From Glaucostegus cemiculus (lineage: Eukaryota), in the NCBI GenBank assembly GCA_976551045.1, contig CDPCPM010000016.1, positions 8,866,001 to 8,930,000 on the forward strand: a stretch of DNA of 64,000 nt, given 5' to 3'. Positions 37,116-50,020 of this stretch are shown piece by piece. The notes below the pieces were generated by a model that searched no databases, was not told the origin of the DNA, and saw only the letters and a program-made list of their open reading frames with translations. The number at the start of each line of letters is the position of its first letter. The stretch's first letter is position 1. Made by a program: the position numbers and the translations under genes.

Positions 37116-39109
37116 TGGTTTAAAACATATCGTCAATGATTGACTAACCCTGCTTAACAAGCTGCTGATAATTACAAATGATTAAACCCTTAACATATAA
37201 CAAAAAACTTAAACAGAGCAAAGTGTTCATGAGTAAGAGTGCCCTGTACTATCAAAGCTTACGAGGTCTAATAGTTGCCAAGCATTATTGTTAAACAACC
37301 AGGGAATAATCCCAAGAGACACAACCATGGAACATATCAAAAAAAGTAGTTTAAAATATTTTGTATTTAATTAATGACGGTTATAAGGATGCTCATGAGC
37401 TTCTCCCCTTTCCTACTACTTTGGTGCTGTGGTTTCCATGAAGGAATTTCAACAGAAATTTCAATTTACCTTTTCTGTCCACTCACATCTTTACAGGGAT
37501 TACAGATACTTTTTATAGTACAGTGGGAGAGAACAAGAGAAATTCAAATTTTACTTTTAATTGGTTAACAATGTTTCTGTCTTCTTTCTTGGTCTCTCTT
37601 TACACCCAGTAGTGAAATGAGCATCACAGCCTCACAGCTGACTGCAAAATCTTGGACATAATCTCCAAGCTACAATACATGTCTGTCATTGAAATCTGCT
37701 TGACATGCTCAGCCAAGAATTAAAACACCTTTCCCTTACCTGTTTTTGTGCTTCTTATGCCTCATCTGTATGTTTGCCAGAGAAGCAGTTGATTATCTCC
37801 AGTGATAATACATAGTAGTGTTATCTGGTTTCTATGATGGCTTGGTTTGTATTATTGAGGATTTGTGTCCCTTGATTCTGCAATCTACAATCCAACTTAA
37901 TACTCTATTTGCACTGCAGTTTCTTTTTAAAGACCTAGATGATATAATTATTATATGTGATTGTCTTTTCAATCTCTTCTTTTCCTTGTAGTGATGCTTG
38001 TGAATGGCACTCCAATGGGGAACACTTGCTCTATAATACAGCATGGAACATTGACAATGGAGTTCATTTTTAACGGAAGAGGAAAGAGGGCAGTTAAGTG
38101 CTCTTTTCTCTTAACATTATTAGCATTTAATTGAAAAGGTCTTAAAAGCTCCAAAGAGTGGAGCATTTTGAAATGTAACTTCACGGCATATTCTGGTGTA
38201 AATGCAAATCTCCAAGATGTGCCCTTATGATTTTACATTAAAGCATTTGATTGTCAGATTGTCATTCAGTACTTCTGTTGCTGGTCCTTTTTTTATTGAT
38301 GTGTACACAAGATGGATTCAGAATCAACAAAAAAGTAACATACCTGGAACTACAGGTTGTTAAGTATCTAAAATGACAATTTCAAACTAAATTTAAAACT
38401 CTCAATTTGTAATCAGCAAATTTCTAAAGTTTCTATTTGGTTAGAATTGTTTAATAATGAACTCTTCTTATGATGCATGCATGTATTTTGTAGATATCCA
38501 TATCACAATGGCTAGGAATTGGCCAGTAACAATGATTACATTTTTTTTCTTCCCTCACTTCTAATCCTTCAGCACCAATCTCAATTATACCAATCACATG
38601 GCCACTTCGCAAATTTTACATGATTAATGCCAGAAGAATCCTGTAAGGTAATATTACAGGATAAGCTTTGCAAGCTTGAGTTTCCTTCACTGAGAGCGCA
38701 CATCAGGAGCTAAGGTGCAGAGGTCAATAGGCCCCACAAGGTTCTTCAGCCATTAAAATTAATGATTGGAAAATCCTGTAAAGCCTGTTGACTTCCATGC
38801 CTGAATTCCCTTTATATCTTCCTAGCAGGCAAAGCTTTATGCCTGGAGCACAAATTTTGGAAAATATTTGTTGTATCATGGATGTACATGGATATTTCTG
38901 TTTTACAAAATAGAAATAAATTCTACACCAGCACACAGTATAGTTTTGTCATTCACTGCCCACTGATAACAGGAAATTCACTGGACTACATTATTTTGTC
39001 AAGATAGCTCCTAGTATAACACAAAAGCAATAAAATTCAACTATCTGCTTTGTTTATTACAACACATGAAACATATTTAATCAAAGTTTTTTTAAATGTT
39101 TTTAATGAG

Positions 39110-39920
39110 GGCATCATTGGTAAGACAGATTCCTTATTCATTATTTATTGCCTTGGGAAGGTGTTGGTGAGCTGACTTCTTAAATTATTGCAGTCTGTGC
39201 GGTGAAGGCACTCCCAAAAGCTTTTGGAGAGGAAGTTTCAGGATTTTGACCTGGCAACAATGAAGGAACAGCAATATACTTTCAAGTCATGAAGTGGCAT
39301 TTTCATGTACCTGCTGCTCTTATCTTTAGGTAATAGAAGCTGCAGGTTTGGGCACTGTTGGTAAATAAACACTGACAATGGCTACAGTGCATCTTATAGA
39401 TAGTAAAGAAGCTAATGAGGGAGCGAGTGAATGATTTTTGGTAATGGCTTAGATAGGAATCTTGGGAGCTAGTAAGTTTGATTCTAAGTGTTGCTGAAAG
39501 TACACTCATTCAGAAAAGGAGAGCGGGTATTCCATCCTGGTCATAATCGTGTTTCCCAAATAGCATGGTCTTTGAAGAGTCAGGAACTGAGTCGCACAAT
39601 ATAGGAAGACTAGCCCCTTACTGGCATTCGTATTTATATTGCTGAATAGTTAAACATCAGATCAATGGTGACCCATCAGATTTGGATGATGGCAAATTTG
39701 GTGACAGTGTAACGTTAGATTGCCAAGGGGACATAAATCTGTTGGATATGACCACTTTCTGGCATTTGTGTCCTACATAAGTTACTTGTCTATTGTTAGC
39801 CAAAGCCCAAATATCCAGGTCTTTCTGCATGTGGACATGACTGTTTCATTATCTGAGGATATGAGAATAGAAGTGAACATGTAGAGTCCTGGTTCTGAAC
39901 TGTAAGAAGAGAGAAGGTTG
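39110..39920 (-). mobile_element. Second CR1/L2-group LINE family, 3' portion
   Basis: gccttgggaaggtgttggtgagctg...ggattttgacctggcaacaatgaaggaacagcaatata is nearly collinear with 57600-57800. Confidence 0.8.
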
Positions 39921-42189
39921 TTACTCATGAGTTATTATAGTGAAAATTTAGCACTATTTTTCAGACAGATAGAAGTACATTGCTTGGTACAGATATAAAC
40001 CTTCCCATTTTATAAAGTAATTTGTCTCATCTCATATAATCTTGTAATAATATTAATTTGCTTTGTTAAAGCCCGGCATTTCTGAATGATTTGTTTTCAA
40101 AAATATCAAGCATTTCAATCAAGCAGTTGATAAAAATTACACATTTTAGAGGTTGCAATTTAAAACAGGCAGAAACAATCATTAAAATATGCACTGACTG
40201 AGAATTTATAACAATTGAAAACAAATGTCCTTTTGAAATATTGGTTTAAAAATAGATCCATTAAGCATGCAAAGGAGAGTTATTCAGCGGGTTTACAATC
40301 GGTGAAAAGCATTTCTGGTTATTCAACTAATTAGTTTTCAAATCTTCCAACTTGAATTAGATTCATTCCCTGGAAACCTGAGATTACAGTTACTGAAGTC
40401 ACCATAGGCAATCACCTGCAAGATTTAGGCCACAAACTCAGTTGTTCGCGTGATGATCAAGGGCTCTTTAAGTCCTCAATGCTGTCTGAGTGTTAAGGTA
40501 TAACCATAAAAGGCTTTGATATTTCACTGCTAAAAAACGGAAGTGCTCTTGCTTTATCAGCTACGGGATAAGATTTTTTCACTTTCGTTTCTCTTTTGGT
40601 TAAATATTTTAATAGCCAGATTTGTCTAATTTCTTTCATTCATGATTTTATTGACTTACAAATATGCAAAAGGCAAAAGCAGAAACTATTCCAAATTTGA
40701 AAGCCACTTTTTATTGTTGGCTTTTCACTATTAGTTTACAATTAAAGTGATGACATACAGGTATGAAAGCCTTGGTTACTAACTATGTCCTAGACAGCAA
40801 TATCCAACCCCTTTTTAGGAAATGACTAGCATGGCACAGGAAATAAGTGAAATCTTCTTCACTCCAAAATCTGTAGAAACATACACTTTCTTGGAGATGT
40901 AAATGGTTGATCATTCAATCGATTTAGATGGTGCCCAAGGCAAAATTTCAGCCCAATCTAGACCCAAAGACATAATAAACAAACACTATTTGAAACTGTA
41001 TCTATCAAACTAACTCTGTACTCAAGTAACTGTCAGAAAAGGGTAAATATTTTGTTTTTCTAATTACTCCTTCAGGTAGTCCTCACACGTCTTCAGCTTG
41101 AAGTAATTACTGAATTTGCAGCATGATAAGTGGGGCAATGTTTTCAGTAACACTTGTTGAGTCAGAAACCTTAATTAAATCTTAACCTTTATCAGAATAA
41201 ATCACTTAAAACTCTTCACTTCCCCAGCCTTCAGGTTTGTGACTTTTTAAAAAAAAGCAAATCAGGTCATGTGGAATCTATGAATAAATGCAACACAGAT
41301 GCTGATTTGGGTGCAGCATTGGATAAGGTATATGGGAGGGATGTAAAAACTACAGGTTTACTGGTATGGCAGCAAAAGTGTACCTGTTTGTTCTGCAGCT
41401 CCAATGCATTGTTTTATATTCTGCTACTTTAAAACATTTTATCTCAGTCAACTACTGTGCAAAATATGGTCAAGCAAAGCAACAGATTCACTTCCCCCAA
41501 AAGGTAAAACCTACAATTTTTTAATAACACTATAAATATATTTGCCTTCCTTTGTGAATGAGATCTTGGTACAACTATAAAACATACAACATATTATAAC
41601 AGCAGTTCTCATTAAACACTTCTGATGATAGATGGTAAAATGCAAGACTATGCTGTGCTTTGCTGAAGCCCTTAACAAATATTCTAAGCATCTATGATCT
41701 TTTATAAGTGGCTAAAAGCAGAGACACATTGTAATGCACCAACAGCTGGTTTAGAAGTAAGCATCAGAATCAAAATATAGCCACCCAGTCTTACAACTGG
41801 CCTGAGGAAACCACCTTGCACATTATTTTAATGTTGTGCGACAACCCACAACACACAAGAAATTTGGAATACAGCGTGGAGTAACATTTACTCCAACAAT
41901 CACTTGACTCATTTCCATGTTGGAATCAGCTGCTCATTACGACAACAGAATACAAAGCCTTATATTTGTGCACTTCCACAGGTTCACTCAATACATAATC
42001 ACTATTTTATACATTTATAAAACCCAAATTTGGTATTATTTTTAACAATTATAACACATACTTCCTCATCTTTGAGCAACTGTTTTCGGAGTTTATTTTT
42101 TAGTCAAAACCTTGAATGTGAGAGGAAATTATCCAGAAAATATTGGAGTACAGAGGAATGAATGTGCTATTCAGCTCCCCCAGCCCATT

Positions 42190-43020
42190 CTCCCATGAAA
42201 GAACATATGTGTCACACAAAGGTAAAACAACTAACCTACCCTTGCTAATCAACAACATTACTATCAACATCAAGAAACCTAACTGCCTTTTGTGGCTACA
42301 AGAACAGGGAATGTCTCACCTTCCAACTCCCCAAAGTCATTCGACTACCTACACGGCACACGCAAGGAGCAGAATGTAATCCTTTTCACTTGTCTACATG
42401 AATGCAGCTCCATCTGTACTCAAGAAGCTCATAAATAATAACATCAGGATTCTGCCATTTGGCATCTTGTGCTTGCGCTACTATTCAATGCGATCACAGC
42501 TAATCTTTTACCATTTTCCAACACCAATTCTTTGATATCTTTGATAACTAAAAATTTATTAGTCTGTCTTGAACACACTGACCAACAAAGTCTCTAGGGT
42601 AGAAATTTCCAAAGCTTCACCACTTTATGGTGAAGAAATTTCTTCGCATCTCTGTTCTGAACAGCCATGCCCTTATTTCATGGCAGTGCCTCCTAGCTAT
42701 TCTAATCAGAGCCAGAGGAAACCTCAACTCCACATCTATTCCGTCAAGCCTTGCAAAAATTTTTGTATATTTCAATGAGATCACCTCTCATTCTTCTAAA
42801 CATGAGAAGTATTGGTCTGGACTCGCAAGAGACTGCAGGTGTTGGAATTTAGAGCAACAAACAAAATGCTGGATGAACTCACTGGGTCAGTTAGGATTTG
42901 TGGATGGAAATGGACAGTTGATATTTCGGGTTGGGACCCTTCCTGTCACCCTTTTATACTGGCTATCTCCCCTCAATCTTTCAGTCCAGATGGTCTGCTT
43001 AACCTCTTCTCATATGACAA
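42190..43020. mobile_element. Cluster: second-family LINE fragment (+, ~42190-42430), CR1 3' (-, ~42440-43020), Penelope-derived repeat (~42815-42950)
   Basis: gcagctcca...ctcaagaagctc; gggtagaaatttccaaag...gtgaagaaatttcttc; gactgcaggtgttggaat...atgctggatgaactca...tttcgggttgggaccctt. Confidence 0.7.
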
Positions 43021-43029
43021 ACACACCAA

Positions 43030-43360
43030 TCCACAAATCAAAGCTTAACACTATGCAGGACCAAACAGCCCTCTTGTTTAAGGCCTCATCCATCATCCAT
43101 CAGTGCCAATCTTGCACCTATCTCGGTGCAACCCATCCTTTCTCACATACCAATCAACTGACACTTCCCTCTGATTCTCATACCTTCTGCTTATACAAAG
43201 AGCAACTGATAGTCATCAGTTAACCTACCAGTCCATCTTTTGGTTGGAGGAAGAAACTGAAGCAGCTATGAGGAATCTGGGAGAATGTATAAACTCCACA
43301 AGACAGAACCCTGGATCAGGATCAAACCTGAGTCACTTGGAGCTATGAGCTATCATGGCA
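43030..43360 (-). mobile_element. HE1-like V-SINE
   Basis: ggaagaaactgaagca...gggagaatgtataaactccaca...caggatcaaacctgagtc (B box on -). Confidence 0.75.
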
Positions 43361-43389
43361 CAATGGCTGCAATGTGTACACCTGCAAAA

Positions 43390-43900
43390 TCCATTATAGT
43401 TTCTCCTCATGACCCATGGGTTTGTAAAGTTCGTTGAAGTAGCCTTGAGGAGAAACTACAGTGGATTTTGCAGCTGTACAACAAAAAAGGAGTTAAAGAA
43501 TAGTGAAGGGAACACAGCCACCTGCAAGCTTTGAGTGGTCATGACCCAGATGTTCCCAGGAGCCAGTAGGGGTGTTGCATTTCTTCAAGGAAGCTCTGAA
43601 CGTATCCTTGAATCATTTTCTCCATCCATCTGATAATGTCCTCACACAACAGAGTTCTGAGTGGAGTGTCTGTTTAGGGAGTCTGGAGTTGGGCATGTAA
43701 ATGATGTGGCCTGCCCAGTGTGGCTCACCGAGAATAACTAAGGGCTCAGTGCTGGCAGTGTTGACCTGGGAGAGGACACTGTCATTGTTTCATTTATCCT
43801 TCCAGTGAATTTGCAGGATTTGGAGTAGACATTGGTGGCATTTTTCCAGTGCTTTGAGATACTAGCGGTAGGTAGCCCATAGCACAATACTACTGATTTA
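43390..43900 (-). mobile_element. RTE-clade LINE 3' end
   Basis: gatgtggcctgcccag reads WAGHI on -; gtatccttgaatc reads FKD; homologous to 12790 and 23580. Confidence 0.8.
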
Positions 43901-43919
43901 CAATTTACAAGCTGTTAGG

Positions 43920-45080
43920 TGAGTTTTGGATTCCCTTCTATATAAACTACCATTTGGTTCTCATATTCTTTTTTTGCCAGTTTTATTTTACTCTTCACTT
44001 CCCTTCTCTACTCATTGTATTTCATCCAGTTCTCATGAAGAAGTACCCAGCATGAATCATTTATGCTCTTGTTTCATTTCATTGCATTCAGGTTCTTCCT
44101 TGACATCCAAAGGGTCCTGGGGTTGGTTTCTGCATCTTTCCCTCCACAGATCTAGTCAATACCCAAAACATTTCCTCCTTGAAGAGTTAGTTTTTCCATC
44201 AATTTCTTGTTCCATTTTACCCAAACTCCACTACCAAGAAGAACAAGGGCACAGTCAACAAAACAGCTCCCCACTACTTCCTCAAGGACAGTTATATATA
44301 GGCAGTAAATACTGGTCTTGCCTGCAATTGGCACACTCAAAAAAAGACCAATAGAGAGAAAAAAACAATCCTTCCTCAATCCCATTGAAATTAGCCTGCT
44401 TGCAGTTTAGTTTGGATTGTTCTTGTCTTCCTCTATTACAAACTTAAATCTTATGATGCGATGATTATTTTTACGCAAATGATCTTTCACTGACCCTAGT
44501 CCAATTGGGCTACCTCAGTCTCCAGGACCAGATCTAGTAATACCTCTTTCTTGGTTAAACTTTGAACATAGTGCTCAAAGAAATTCTCTTTGAATATATT
44601 TCAGAAATTCCTCTCCCTCCTTTTCCTTTACTCTAATATTATCCCATTTGATATCTGGGTAATTCAAGTTCCCCAATTTCACTTCTATAGGTCATGCATA
44701 ATTCTGTAATTTCCTGAAGATTTACTCCACTACAGTGAAGGGGGATGGAGTAGACCCAATAGTATGATAATCTGCTTTTTCCTCCCAACTCCAACCAAAT
44801 AGATCATGTCCTTGCCACATCAAGGCAATCCTCTTTTTCCAGCACTGCAATGTCTTGTCAGTATTGTCACCCCAAACTTACTTTCTTCCTTCCCTGTCTC
44901 TTTCGAACATTTCATATCCGTTAACATTAAAAGCCAACTTCACCATTATAAGTACATTTCTACTTTTGTCATAACCTCATATTCCACAAAGTTATTTGTG
45001 CTTGTATCTCAGCAACCCCTTTCTTCACACTGTGTGTGTTTACATACATGCATACTTTGTGCATTTAATAACTCTGCTAT
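43920..45080 (-). mobile_element. Old CR1 ORF2 (APE and linker region)
   Basis: On -: ggggaacttgaattacccagatatcaaatgg (GDFNYPxIxW-like), ttactagatctggtcctgg (LLDLVL) and gatcatcgcatcataagatt (SDH-region). Confidence 0.7.
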
Positions 45081-45499
45081 TATACCAAATTTGAGATAAT
45101 AATTAAATCTAACAACTAAGTCCAGTCAGCATCAATATTTGTCTTGGACGTACTTTCACCTTAGTTGCATTAACAAAAGCTGAACTCTAATTATCCACTG
45201 CAAAGCTTAGTACTGAATGTAAATCAGTATTAAGTAGTTTAGAAGGTTTAACCACTATTATGGATGTAATCACAAATAACTTACATGTGTATCTTAAAAT
45301 CTAATTTTTGCACTGAAAGATTATATTTCCAGTATTGGTACAACACCTCACTTGAAGTTCAAGTTGGAAACTGCGATGCATGTAGAACAATGTTATCAGA
45401 TATTCAAATATACCAATTAAAGGTTAAGCTGGAAGGAAATCATATTTCTTCAGCTTCTTATGCAGTTCAGCGAAAAGTAATTGGGAAAGGAAGGAATAA

Positions 45500-45830
45500 T
45501 TCTGACTTTGACTCACAGGTACCCTATTCCTTTTGAAAGCCTTACAGATATGCACTTCTGACTGACCCTCTTTTGAGTTATTTAGTGTGGAATCATTGTT
45601 GGCCTCTTGTTCAATGGTTCAATGAATGGAAGTATAAAATCTCACTGATCAGCTGGTTACTGGCACAGGCAATGAAAGAAACTACTGCTGAGCATTCAAC
45701 AATATGTCAAACAGAAAAGAAATCTCTCTTTTCCTTGGCTCAGTGTAATTTTTTTTATGTGAATATAATGCAACAAAGCACTTTGGGATATTTTACTAAC
45801 CGAGGGCACTATATTTAAATGCAACTTATT
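45500..45830 (+). mobile_element. Old SINE with L2-type tail
   Basis: Ends aaagcactttgggatattttac...ggcactatatttaaatgcaacttatt. Confidence 0.5.
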
Positions 45831-45834
45831 ATAA

Positions 45835-46040
45835 TAGAGCAAAAGAGAAAACAAAAGGAAATAAGAAACACATTTTCACAAATAATGGTTGAAATGGGTG
45901 AAACAACTGAAACGATGAGGAAAAATGTGGGGAGAAAGTGAAACTAAAAAGTCAAAAGAAAAATTAAATGAGAAAACAGAGGAGAAAGCTAAAATAATTG
46001 GTAAATGAAAAAGAAAGGGAAATCTGAAATAATTAAAGGA
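45835..46040. repeat. Purine-rich (A/G) low-complexity tract
   Basis: About 200 nt of mostly A/G with no clear period. Confidence 0.7.
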
Positions 46041-48439
46041 TTATGGAGTTTTGGCAGTCCACTAATATAGTCACTCTTCCGGCTTTGCAATATATACACT
46101 ACAGATGGTTTTATTTGTTCTGCCATTATTTCTGGAGGCATCTGAAAGGAGTTTGGGATAAGCTGACACTTTAGCAGTTTGAATGATGATTAAATGTATC
46201 AAAAATATGCTCTACTGACTGGCATGACTGTTTCCATTCTGTACAGTACACATTCCCCATCTTAGTGATCACAAATAAAGCCAAACATTAAGGTTTTGGT
46301 TCAAAAATATTTTAGAATCCAAAAATCTTGAAATAGCAGAATATTTAAAGGTTAAGAGTGCATTGATAATTATTGCAGCAAATGGTTGTTCAAATAAATA
46401 TGGAGAAATAGATGGAAACTAATTTAAGCACTGTTCAATGAACCTATGAGTCAATTTTCTTGTTTCTATTTGAGGCATTCTGACAAGCCTGTGAGATAGT
46501 TTTACCCCCTGAAACAATGATAAATTATGCAATGCTGCAGGATTAGAATCTGGTTATCTGCCAGAAGGGTTCAATGCTGAAGGGGCAATGAACTTATGTG
46601 CACCTGGCCAAGGAAAACAATCACTGCAGATTAGTTACTGGAAAGAAAGAGCTTGTACTATGATGTGCTAGCCCACTGTTAACAAAGGAGCTACAGAGAG
46701 CCATTTTTTGCTAAATGACTTTGTACCCAGTGTGTGAACAATAGAGAAGACAGTAGTAGCTTTTGTGCCAATGGGGTCATTGCACTTGATTTGGCCAGGG
46801 CACTGTGACGTCACTTATGTCAGCATGCTGAGGTGGTGCTCTTTCGTGCCAATTCTTTCTCTTTCTTTCTCTGCAACTTGTAGAGTTCCAAGCCAACACA
46901 AAATTAAGACTCAACAGTGACATCATCTTCTGTGCATGACACATGGAAAAAAGCAAAAAAAAATGAAAATGCTTGAAAAATGACGCCACTGAGTGGAAAG
47001 GGAAGGTAAATAAAAGGCCGCTTAAATATTATATTTACTTTTCAGTTGGTAATCCCTCCAAGCAAACTGCAGTGTAATAATTGTTCATTATTAACCCTTC
47101 TTTTTCAGATTTTCACATGGTATTTGATATTTGCATGCCTTCATTTTTATTATCCTGTGTATTTTCGGTAATTTGCCATGATTAATCTCCTTTCAGTACT
47201 TAGATTTAAGAAACTAACGTGAGCAATACACAATTTTCAGTGCACATTAAGTACAATGTACATCCATTTAACCGTGGGTCAACCTGCAACCAATCTGAGC
47301 AAAATGTTTGGCCCACCTTAATTTGATGCTTCCATTTTACAGGGATCTTGGTCAGCTGCTTTAAATAGACATAGTCCTGGAAATGTTAAAAGGGATCTAA
47401 TGCCTTTTGGAGGTCCTGCTGTTGAAGGGGAGTTGAACCAACATTGAGTCTAGTGATCTCTGGGCTATAAGCTGAAGTTTTTCATAAAAAAGGCAATGAT
47501 TTAAATTCCAGAAGGAGCAAGAGTATTGCTTGACACAGTCCTTGCCCCAACCAAATGCACAAAGCAAGGTAGACAACTCAAAATGAGATGAGGTGTTGGG
47601 CATTCAAACTCAATGGCCACTTCAATGTATTTGCATGAGTGTAATTATTATACAAAACCATTAAAAGTTATGTATTAAAAAATAGACCAGCTAGAAATTT
47701 GTCTAAAAATGTCTAAGTAATGTTGCAAAAGTAAGACAAGACCACCTAATTATTTTTCTTTACTTTCTAAGCTGCACAACTGTTCTTTCAATTTAAGCCT
47801 CATACCCTTAAAGCTCTTGAAGGAATTAAATTTTCTGGCTCTGAAATCCTAAATCCCACAATCTGGCACCATAGGGGCAGCACCTTGGAACTCCCACACC
47901 CAAGAATTCCAACACTGATTCTTCCAGAAAGTAGAGCCGCTGGTTGGTACAGAATGCACAGACGTCGAGTTCCACTGGCCAGGGGACCCAGGAAGTCACT
48001 CTGAGGTCACAGCTGCTGCATTTAAAAAGGAACTACTCTTAGAGCAGAGGCAGCAGGAAGTCAAGTGCAGAAATACTTTCAAGAGTATCTGGAAATGTCT
48101 TTGGAATGGTTTAACATTTCAAATTTCCAGTGTTTCTAAAGGAAAACTTGAAGATAACGGTAGGAAGCAGAGCTCCTACAAAAGCTTGGAAGAAGACAGA
48201 GTCCAAGCTACAAATTTAAGCAGTATCCACATTCTAATAAGTGAAATTTAGCACAAGAGAGATGCACACATTAAGTGTCATTAACACAGAATCTGGACAA
48301 CCACAATGAAAAGTCATACTGATGATAGGCAACCTCCTACTCTTCAAACCCTCTCCAGTTTCAGCAATGATTAATGGCCTCAACAGATCAATAAGAGCAA
48401 GAGTGATGATACCACTTGCCTAATATTTAAATAGTGAAA

Positions 48440-49480
48440 ACTTTATACAGTAACAAACATATGTCAACAAACCTGTGAATTAAATGAACTAAGAATAGTA
48501 AAGAAATAGTGCTGAATAAATTAATGGGATTGAAAGCTGATAAATGACCAGTGTCTGATAATGTGTATCCCAGAATACTAAAAGTAACCAAGAAAACAAC
48601 GGATGCAATGGTTTTCAAAATTCTGTAGATTATGTTTCCTGCAAATTGGAGGATGGCAAATGTAACCTTGCTTTTTTAAGGAGAGAAAACAGGGAACTAC
48701 AGAACAGTTCTGTAATCTACTACAAAAGATGTGATAATAGGACAAGAGGAAAATATCAATGGGATTTGACAAAGGCAACATGGATATATGGAAGGGATAT
48801 TGTGTTGGACAAACATACTGGAGGTTTCTGTGGATTTAAATAGTAGAATATTTAAGGGAGAACCAGTGGATGTGGTGGATATGGACTTTCCGAAGGCCTT
48901 TGATAGAGCTTTACATCAGCATGCAAAATTAAGTCACATAGGATTTGGAATAATTTACTGGGTTGAAAATTGGTCAACAGACAGGAAACAGGCAGAATAA
49001 ATGGATTTCTTTTGGGATGTCGAGCAAAGACTTGCGAGGTACCATAATGATTAGTACCTCGCCCCAGTTATTCACAATGTATATCAGTGATTTGGATGAG
49101 GAAATATTTCTAAGTTTACAGACACAATGAAACTGGGTGGAATTATGAATTGTGAGAAGGATGCCAAATAGTTTCAAGGAGATTTAGGCAAATTGAGTGA
49201 GTGGGCAAATACATGGTAGATGCAGGAAATGAGAGTAAGTATTAAGTTATTGAGTTGGAAAAATGGAAAGTATTATTTAAATAATGTGAGATTGGGAAAT
49301 ATTAATGTATAAAATCATCTGAACGCCCTGGCACACCAATCACCAAAAGTGAACATTCAAGTGAGCAAGCAGTTAAGAAGGCAAATGAAATGTTGACCTT
49401 CATTGCAAGAGATGTTGATAACAAGAACAAAGATGTCTTATTGCAATAAATAGGGCTTTGTTGAGATCACACCCAGAGTC
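48440..49480 (+). mobile_element. Old CR1 RT region
   Basis: ORF 48788-49000: GEPVDVVDMDFPKAFDRA...WVENWSTDRKQ. Confidence 0.9.
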
Positions 49481-49782
49481 TTAAAACACATAATCTAAAA
49501 CTAAATTCTTTGATTGAGGGTTATATCGTGTATCCTAATATCTCTTCATGTGGCTTACAGCCAAACTTCATTCACTAATCATTCATCTGTGAGATTCATC
49601 CAGTCACTTTACAAAGACAAAGTATTAATGATGAAAGGCAAGTTCTAGGTCAGCAGATCTGCTGATTGACTCAGGCACAGTAAGGGGCCACAAGAATGCA
49701 AAGACTCAAAGTTCAACAAGTAAAATATTTCTGACTTCCTTATTTTAGACATAGGCTGAAAACAATAAACCAGTTTGAAGAG

Positions 49783-50020
49783 AAGTGTAGCAGTTAGCAT
49801 AACACCAGTACAGTGCCAGCGACCAGGATTCAATTCCAGCCTCCCCGTGTCTGCGTGGGTTTCCTCCAGGTGCTCTGGCTCCCTCCTGCATTCTAAAGAC
49901 GTACAGGTTAGGGAGTTGTGGGCATCCTATGTTGGCACCGGAGGCGTGGCGACACTTGCGAGCTGTCCCCAGAACACTCTACACAAAAGATGCATTTCAC
50001 TAATAAAGAGATCTTATCTT
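49783..50020 (+). mobile_element. tRNA-derived V-SINE with a non-CR1 tail
   Basis: A-box-like gtgtagcagttagc, B-box-like ggattcaattcc, V-core ccccgtgtctgcgtgggtttcctccaggtgctctgg, tail ...gcatttcactaataaagagatcttatctt. Confidence 0.85.

Noticed and set aside
38636-38680. Short inverted repeats (atcctgtaa/ttacaggat; also 3356-3375 and ~41877-41895)
   Set aside because: Stems of 8-9 bp are expected by chance in 64 kb of AT-rich DNA, and there is no supporting context.
40435-40495. Box C (GTGATGA) ... box D (CTGA) snoRNA or SECIS-like motif
   Set aside because: The C-to-D distance is only ~40 nt, and the stem required for a SECIS does not pair.
42627-43223. Longest ORF in the track (198 aa)
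   Set aside because: It reads across an antisense CR1, a Penelope-derived repeat and a SINE, so it is a chance chimeric frame.
43926-44354. 142-aa ORF
   Set aside because: Antisense to an old CR1 fragment.
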